64,000 nt of DNA. It comes from a virus. Taxonomy: Duplodnaviria; Caudoviricetes. This document shows positions 58,358-64,000 of the stretch, in pieces. The translations under genes were made by a program, and so were the position numbers. The notes under the pieces are model-generated. The model saw only the letters and a program-made list of their open reading frames with translations. It did not search any database and was not told where the DNA came from. Each line of letters starts with the position of its first letter. The first letter of the stretch is position 1. The DNA is taken from the IMG/VR virus record IMGVR_UViG_3300028833_003520; one strand, 5' to 3'.

Positions 58358-59499
58358 TTATGCCCTTTTATTATTTTCGTCGTTTGAGCGTAAGAGAGAA
58401 CCGAAAATGTCGTTTCAACTAATAAACATAAGGCTTTGCCTTGTTGAAACGTACTAATAAAATCGGGGTGATACTTGTTGAAAATTTCAACATTGTTGAA
58501 GAACCCCCGATTTTATTCACGATTAGCGTGATTAAATTACACAACTTGTTGCGTATTTTGACACGCTGTTGAAATTCACCTGCATTTGGGCGTATTCCGT
58601 ATCGGAATGGCACAAATGGCTCCTGTAGGCGTATATGTTCCCCTTGGGACGTGTACGCTCTGGAGCAATATTGGCGGTGTCCAAAAGCAGACCCAACGGG
58701 TGCGATTGGATGCCAATATTGCGACACCTTGTTAGTCCTATTTGTGTACCGTAAGCGTAAGCGAAGTTTGGTACAAACTTGGTACACAGTTGGTGCAATC
58801 ATAATGAGGTTCGGTCGGTGAATTTTTCACCATTATTTTGCCGAAGTTTGCAACGAAGAAACGGAACAAAGTGAATACGGTTCGGGCATACTGAAAGCAA
58901 AATGAAACTGCTGTTCTTACGCTACGAACTGGTCGTGCCAGTTGCCTCAGTGTAATGCACTGTTAATCATCTAACGCAATGACAATAATTGCGTTGTTTG
59001 GGGAACATCGTGACTTAGTTATTTTTTTTTTTTTGTAATTCGTTCTTTGTTAATCGTCGGGAGCATCGTGACCGACAGTCTGTGTTCCTAATAAGCAGAA
59101 ACTTCTCGTTGTATGTACGAGTTACTCCCTTCCCTGTCTCCAGAAGGCTGAAGAAGTTTTTGCTGTAAAATACGAATAATTACTATTCCAAATTTCAGTT
59201 TATCTGCCAAAGTTCTTTGTGGTGGATGTATTGAATAGTTAATCAATATTCTTTTCACCATCACGTTAAATATGTGCACATTACCTACCCTGCTGGTCTA
59301 TATCCGATTTTATCGGGCTTTGGTATGTTGCACTTAATCCATTTGGTACAAAATGCTGCAAGGTCAACTTATCTAAATTGGTACATAATTGTACCGAAGC
59401 CAAAATTCGTTTCAGGATTTTGATGCTCAATATTTAGTTCAATTATGAGAACTAATGAAATGCTTTGTACGGTTAAAGAATAAAAACCAATAGGTATCA

Positions 59500-60130
59500 C
59501 ATCGTGATAGCGGTTTTGACACAAAATGTCCCAAGAACGACCTTGGGAGTGAGAAGACATTGTGCAAAAAATTGGTTTGTTTCTCAGTACAAAGGTAGGA
59601 CTGAGCGTGTCTGAGTGGTGGGCTTTGCCCAACCAAATCAGAACAAAACGAAGGCTAAAGCGATTTTTAGTTATTCATATATTAAGGGGAGAATAATCTT
59701 ACTGTATAATCTCCGCTTTATCGGGTGAATTTAGGCTGGCATAAATTCGGGGTTGTATAGTTACTCAGGCTTGCATAAAAATCGCAAGCCATCCTTTAAG
59801 ATTATTCGCCTAATCATAATACGAGACTGAATTATCTAACTTACGATGTCATCGTTTGTTTTCTCGGAAATCCAAAATTCTTGATGGGATTCACTGTATT
59901 TGTGGACCATTTTAGTGAATACCGAGATAGAATCATTTTCTGATATAACCGTATTTTGGTGATTAGTCTGATACGATTCATCGTGTCTTAGGGACGACAA
60001 AATGTGGTAACAATTTGCAAAATTTTACCACCAGTGGTCGTTCCCTGGAAATAATCGTTGGGTCTTAATTATTCGAATGAAGACATTCTTTGCAAGAATA
60101 AGCAACGTACCAACAGCGTAGTGAAAAGAA
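59500..60130 (+). ncRNA. Putative structured ncRNA region A (boundaries approximate)
   Basis: No credible ORF; many stems with + strand G-U pairs. Confidence 0.45.
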
Positions 60131-60409
60131 GAGTTAATCTGTCACCAAAATGGGTATTATTTGCTATTTAATAATGCTTTATTAAATATTAAATAATGAA
60201 TTATTATCTATTTAATAAGTAAATAATTATTAGATATTAAGTATTAAATAAATATTTAATAATTCTCGAAAATTATGTAAGCCCGATTGCGTGATTTTCG
60301 GTCCATCATTTTGTAGCATTATTAAGTTATATAAAATGTATTTAATAATGAATTAAAATGATATATTTAATCTATTTAATATGTGTAGTCTAATGCTCTA
60401 TTCTGAATG

Positions 60410-61190
60410 AAAAACCTCGCCGTCTGTATAGCCATACCGACGGGGTTTTGTACGCAGTTTATACGGCACTTCTCGTTGTCCAAACCGTAAGACGGAGATG
60501 TTCGTGAACATCGAGGGTGTTTGGAAATGGAGATATATTTAATCGTTGACGGTTCTACAATCAGGTTCCGTGAGTGGCGGTCAACTTGCTTGACCCCGAT
60601 GAACGGATGTGATTGGAGAAATACTGGCAACTCCAGGTGGCTTGCCAACTGGAGAAGCCAGTATAGTCGCATAATCGTTCGTCTCCAAGAGATTCCCATA
60701 AAAATATTACAAAGGAGAAAAAGAATGCCTTTCAAGTTTGCAGGGGAAGGAAACGAGTACAAGTTTACTCATTTGTGACGCAAACCCCTGCAGACCTGAA
60801 AGGTTGCTTTTGGAAACACGGTGGAGCAACGTGGAACGGTGCTTTCAAAAGACATTCGGTTTCCGACGATTTTTTGTCGAAGGTGTTTTATCTGATTGTC
60901 CTCGACAATCAAGGAAAATGCCGAAAGAGTAATTTAGTATATTCGCAGAATATAATAAATCAAAAAATTTAGGAAATTTTCGACGACTAATATTTTTCAG
61001 ATGGTATTCAATCTGCTTTACAGAGAAATCAAGGATTTCGTACCAAACCTGTGAAACGTATTTGTTATTCAATATGATGCGTGTTCCACAGGTAACTGGG
61101 CTGTAGAGCGTCTGACTGCGACCTTGGATGAAATGCAAGGGCAGTCAGTAGTGTAGCGATAAATGGAGACCTAACGTCCAAAGATGGAGT
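60410..61190 (+). ncRNA. Putative large structured ncRNA B (boundaries approximate)
   Basis: Nested stems with + strand G-U pairs; downstream of an AT-rich tract. Confidence 0.55.
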
Positions 61191-61196
61191 GACGGA

Positions 61197-61244
61197 AAAG
61201 AAAAAAAAAAATGGACTGACTACCATTAAGGTAGCCAATCCATT
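61197..61244 (-). terminator. Intrinsic terminator of the 44-aa gene
   Basis: aatgga.tg.ctacc / ggtag.ca.tccatt stem with U11 on the minus strand. Confidence 0.8.
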
Positions 61245-61262
61245 CTGTTAACTTGTGTTTAC

Positions 61263-61397
61263 TCAATCTTCATCGTAGTTGGGCATCGGTGCCATTGCGA
61301 TTGCCTCAGTAAGTGAATGTGCTTCAACGACTGCGATTACGAAACCGTACTTATCTGTTACTGTGAATGTCTGAAGACCATTATCTGAACTTGCCAT
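61263..61397 (-). CDS. 44-aa protein (not in ORF track)
   Basis: AAGGAGG RBS; MASSDNGLQTFTVTDKYGFVIAVVEAHSLTEAIAMAPMPNYDED; own terminator. Confidence 0.8.
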   Translation of the reverse strand: MASSDNGLQTFTVTDKYGFVIAVVEAHSLTEAIAMAPMPNYDED

Positions 61398-61499
61398 CTC
61401 AAGTTCCTCCTTATATTGTATTTTTGAAGAAAAATCTTCAAGGGTGTTATGAGCGACCGAACAGGTCGCCTGTTACATAAACTCTCTCAAAAACTTAAA

Positions 61500-63860
61500 G
61501 GATGATTTCTATAAGAAGGAATATAAACATCAGACTCGCCTGAAGACTTGTCGGAAGAAAGAAGTCTGCAGTAAAGGAAAGGCAGGCTCGCCTGTAGTGA
61601 TAACGAAAGCAAGAAGTCTGACTTTAAGAATGGGAATAAGGATGACTCGCCTTCTGTTTGCACAAACGAAGAAAGAAGTCAGACTTGTTCATCGGGGTTC
61701 GTTCCTCTTGCGGTGTACCACAGATGAAGCGAACTCTGATAGGCAAAATATTTGACCACTATCTTGCTACGTCAATCGTGTAGTCGCAGAGGATGGTGAT
61801 GTAGGCTTTCGTTAAGAAAGGCATAAGAACCTACCGCTGCGTAAACGATATGTTTTGCGATAATTATTTAATAGTCTGGCGTGGTCGCTTTTTCACCTTT
61901 GGTGGAAAGGAGCGACCTTTAAGCCGCAAGCGAAAGCATAAGAGTGCGTTCTGAAGAAATTGGCTAAAGGACAATTTCCTCTATTGGTCAAATATAAAGC
62001 CTATGAAGAAGGGACGAACTTCTTCTCATTATCTGACTCGTCAGTGTTGTTTCCTTAAGAGCGTGGATTCTGCTCCACTGACCGAACGACTGAGCCAGCG
62101 AAGGAAAGTGAGAGTGGGCAGAATGGAACTGCTCGAAGGAAACAAGTAATTGGTTAATAACAAGGTTCGCTATATAAACGATATTCAAATTGTTCCGAAC
62201 CGATTATGAAGTTCGCTCTGTTGCCAAAGGATTTGCTTGTCAAAGCCTTGGCTGTACTTAATCTCGTTGAACTGGAAACCAACCCTACCCTTAGTTGATT
62301 TCCGTCACCAAGACTACTTAATCTTCAACGATACATAAAGAACTTAGGTTAGACTATGATTATTTTGCTGTAAAAGATAAATCTATAAGATTTATCTCGT
62401 TAATCGAGGAAAGATTCAGTTATTCAACCGACCTGTTTTGAGTTTTCCGAAGATAACGGGAAACCGAGTCTGAAAGACGAATTTGCCTTATTTTCGGAAA
62501 ACAATGTTGACACTAATTGTTAATCACAGGTTATCAATCTTATACTTTGAGATTGTGCGTGTTTATCACGCAATTGCAGAGCAATTAGTTCTTCTAAACC
62601 TCTCGAATAGGTAACTTTTATCTTTGGCGGTATAAAAGTTAACTATGTTACATCAATTGTTTGTTAATCGGTGCTTATCAATCGGTAAGTTATAAGTGTT
62701 ACAAAAACCGTTATCAGTTTTTGATTTATCAAGTAGGTGAAGGCACCCTGTCGTGGGCGTAATTATATGTAGCCCTACAGAAGTGGTGCCTGAACCAAAA
62801 TAAGGATAAAGCGAGCCGTGCACGACTCCTTTATCCGCTATCACAGATTCGAATAAAACGAATCGTATTGAGGCTTTTGTCTTAAAGGATAGTGCCTAAC
62901 TCGCCTGAAGCGTTGCGTCAAGAAAGAAGTTAGGCACTTTAGTTTGACACGTCTTGGCTACGATTCATCGTGTCAGGTTGAAAATGAGTCCAGGCGTAGC
63001 CTTGACGCATTTTATTGTTACAAAGGAGTGCGATTGCATATCGCACCAACTTTAAGTGTCAATTGTTCACTATAAACTTTTATAAAAAGTTGTTAAACCT
63101 TTGCACGGATAGTCTTTTTACGAGTTTATCGTGCCGTTTTCTACGGACAAGGCACACTGATAAGTGTGACAGGACGTGGAAAATGATGAATAATGAGTTT
63201 GACTTAGGCACAGAGAGCAATAGCGAACGCCGTGACTAACAAAGAACGAATGAAATAAGAGGCAAGCATAAATGTGAAGCCGTATAGATGCAAAGTGTTT
63301 TACGAGGGGCTTGGGAAACAATGACTTATCTTCTTATCTACGATTTATCGTGCAAAAACTCCTCGGCGTAAACTCTGCTGTACGAAGAATGAGAAAGCAG
63401 GTGCCTCGCTGAGGAGTTTTGTTGAAATTAAGTATGGAGATAGCATCAATCACGTAGTTTTACTGCGTAGGTATTTATTTTATCATTGAAAGACGATAAC
63501 GGAATACGTTCATCAAAAGAAGCCCATACACGAGGCTTCGCCTATTAAGTCATTGTTTCTTTTTACTGGTGATTAGTGATTCAATTTGCACTATGTCGGG
63601 ATTTGTCTTGTGCTACGGAGCCTCTCGGCGAAGGTTCAGGACGAAGAGTCACTATATTTTGCGACAATCTTGCAAAATTGGCTCCCAACGACTTTGGTGA
63701 GAGTTGGGGTGGGGTAAACGGTATTTATGACTTGTGACTCGTACACAATGTCAAATAAGTGATTTCGATGTTATTGCTGCTGGTCAGCAAATTATTAACT
63801 GTGACAGTTAATAATTTTGGTGTAATCAAAACGGAGTTGGAAGCCAACTGTTCAGTGCTT
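61500..63860 (+). ncRNA. Putative very large structured ncRNA(s), region C (boundaries approximate)
   Basis: Dense stems, GNRA loops, 14-16 bp helices including long-range ones, repeated modules, + strand G-U pairs. Confidence 0.6.
61531..61681 (+). repeat. Three tandem stem-loop modules RCT-CGCCT...AG-(A/C)AAGA-AGT; fourth copy at 62892-62937
   Basis: Directly visible with co-varying outer stems. Confidence 0.8.
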
Positions 63861-63873
63861 GAGAAATCTTAAG

Positions 63874-63918
63874 AAAAAAAAAGCCTACAATATCGTCGCA
63901 GACGGTATCATAGGCTTT
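63874..63918 (-). terminator. Intrinsic terminator of a gene beyond the right edge
   Basis: aaagccta...taggcttt stem with U9 on the minus strand. Confidence 0.7.
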
Positions 63919-64000
63919 AAGGCTTTGTTAGATAGAAGTCAAATTCCTTGTTTTATGCTGTATGGGTGTAAACAACAAAACTTCTATAAACACTTTAGTT

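Larger units (their letters stand above)
1..64000. mobile_element. Segment of a large phage/plasmid-like replicon (Bacillota host)
   Basis: 52 kb of co-oriented small hypothetical genes; own PolB, D5 helicase, RNR, dUTPase, VRR-NUC; no ribosomal or housekeeping operons; no capsid or tail genes seen in the window. Confidence 0.85.

Noticed and set aside
61540-61568. Hammerhead ribozyme (CTGAAGA...GAAA)
   Set aside because: Stem II and stem III geometry does not fit, and the core is not kept in the other three copies
61531-61681. CRISPR mini-array
   Set aside because: The conserved parts are two short boxes with co-varying stems, not identical 25-40 nt repeats; both intervening segments vary; no cas genes
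62300-63115. Group I or group II intron (AGACTA and ATAGTC words)
   Set aside because: No convincing P4/P6/P7 arrangement, no domain V, no interrupted exons; an Rfam scan should still be run
58151-63321. Short ORFs in the ORF track within the non-coding island
   Set aside because: No AGGAG-type RBS, atypical composition, overlapping on both strands
57850-64000. tRNA, tmRNA, RNase P or SRP genes
   Set aside because: No cloverleaf with a T-loop or other diagnostic motifs found by eye

Overview
This window looks like part of a large low-GC mobile replicon (jumbo phage, phage-plasmid or megaplasmid) of a Bacillota host, probably Clostridia. The host call is inferred from the strong AAGGAG RBSs, the anaerobic RNR and the lipoproteins. 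Bases 1-52.2 kb hold about 95 tightly packed, co-oriented minus-strand genes, mostly small acidic hypotheticals with several internal paralog families. Recognisable genes there cover nucleotide metabolism (dUTPase, nrdH-nrdD-nrdG plus a ferredoxin:thioredoxin reductase-like subunit, HAD nucleotidase), repair and recombination (RarA, UDG, macrodomain, tyrosine recombinase, PD-(D/E)XK nuclease, VRR-NUC) and replication (family B DNA polymerase, D5/SF3 helicase). A 1.7 kb strand-switch region (52.2-53.9 kb) with iteron-like repeats is a likely origin. It is followed by recJ, a CPBP protease and a Thr/Pro-rich exported protein. No virion or conjugation genes were recognised. The most unusual part is about 6 kb (57.9-64 kb) with almost no coding potential. 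It contains a cluster of triloop hairpins, GGTAC and TATTTAATA repeat islands, and roughly 4 kb of densely base-paired sequence. There, G-U pairs consistently favour the + strand, with long-range helices and two recurring RNA modules, suggesting a locus of one or more large structured non-coding RNAs. All calls are by eye from motifs; no database searches or folding programs were run.
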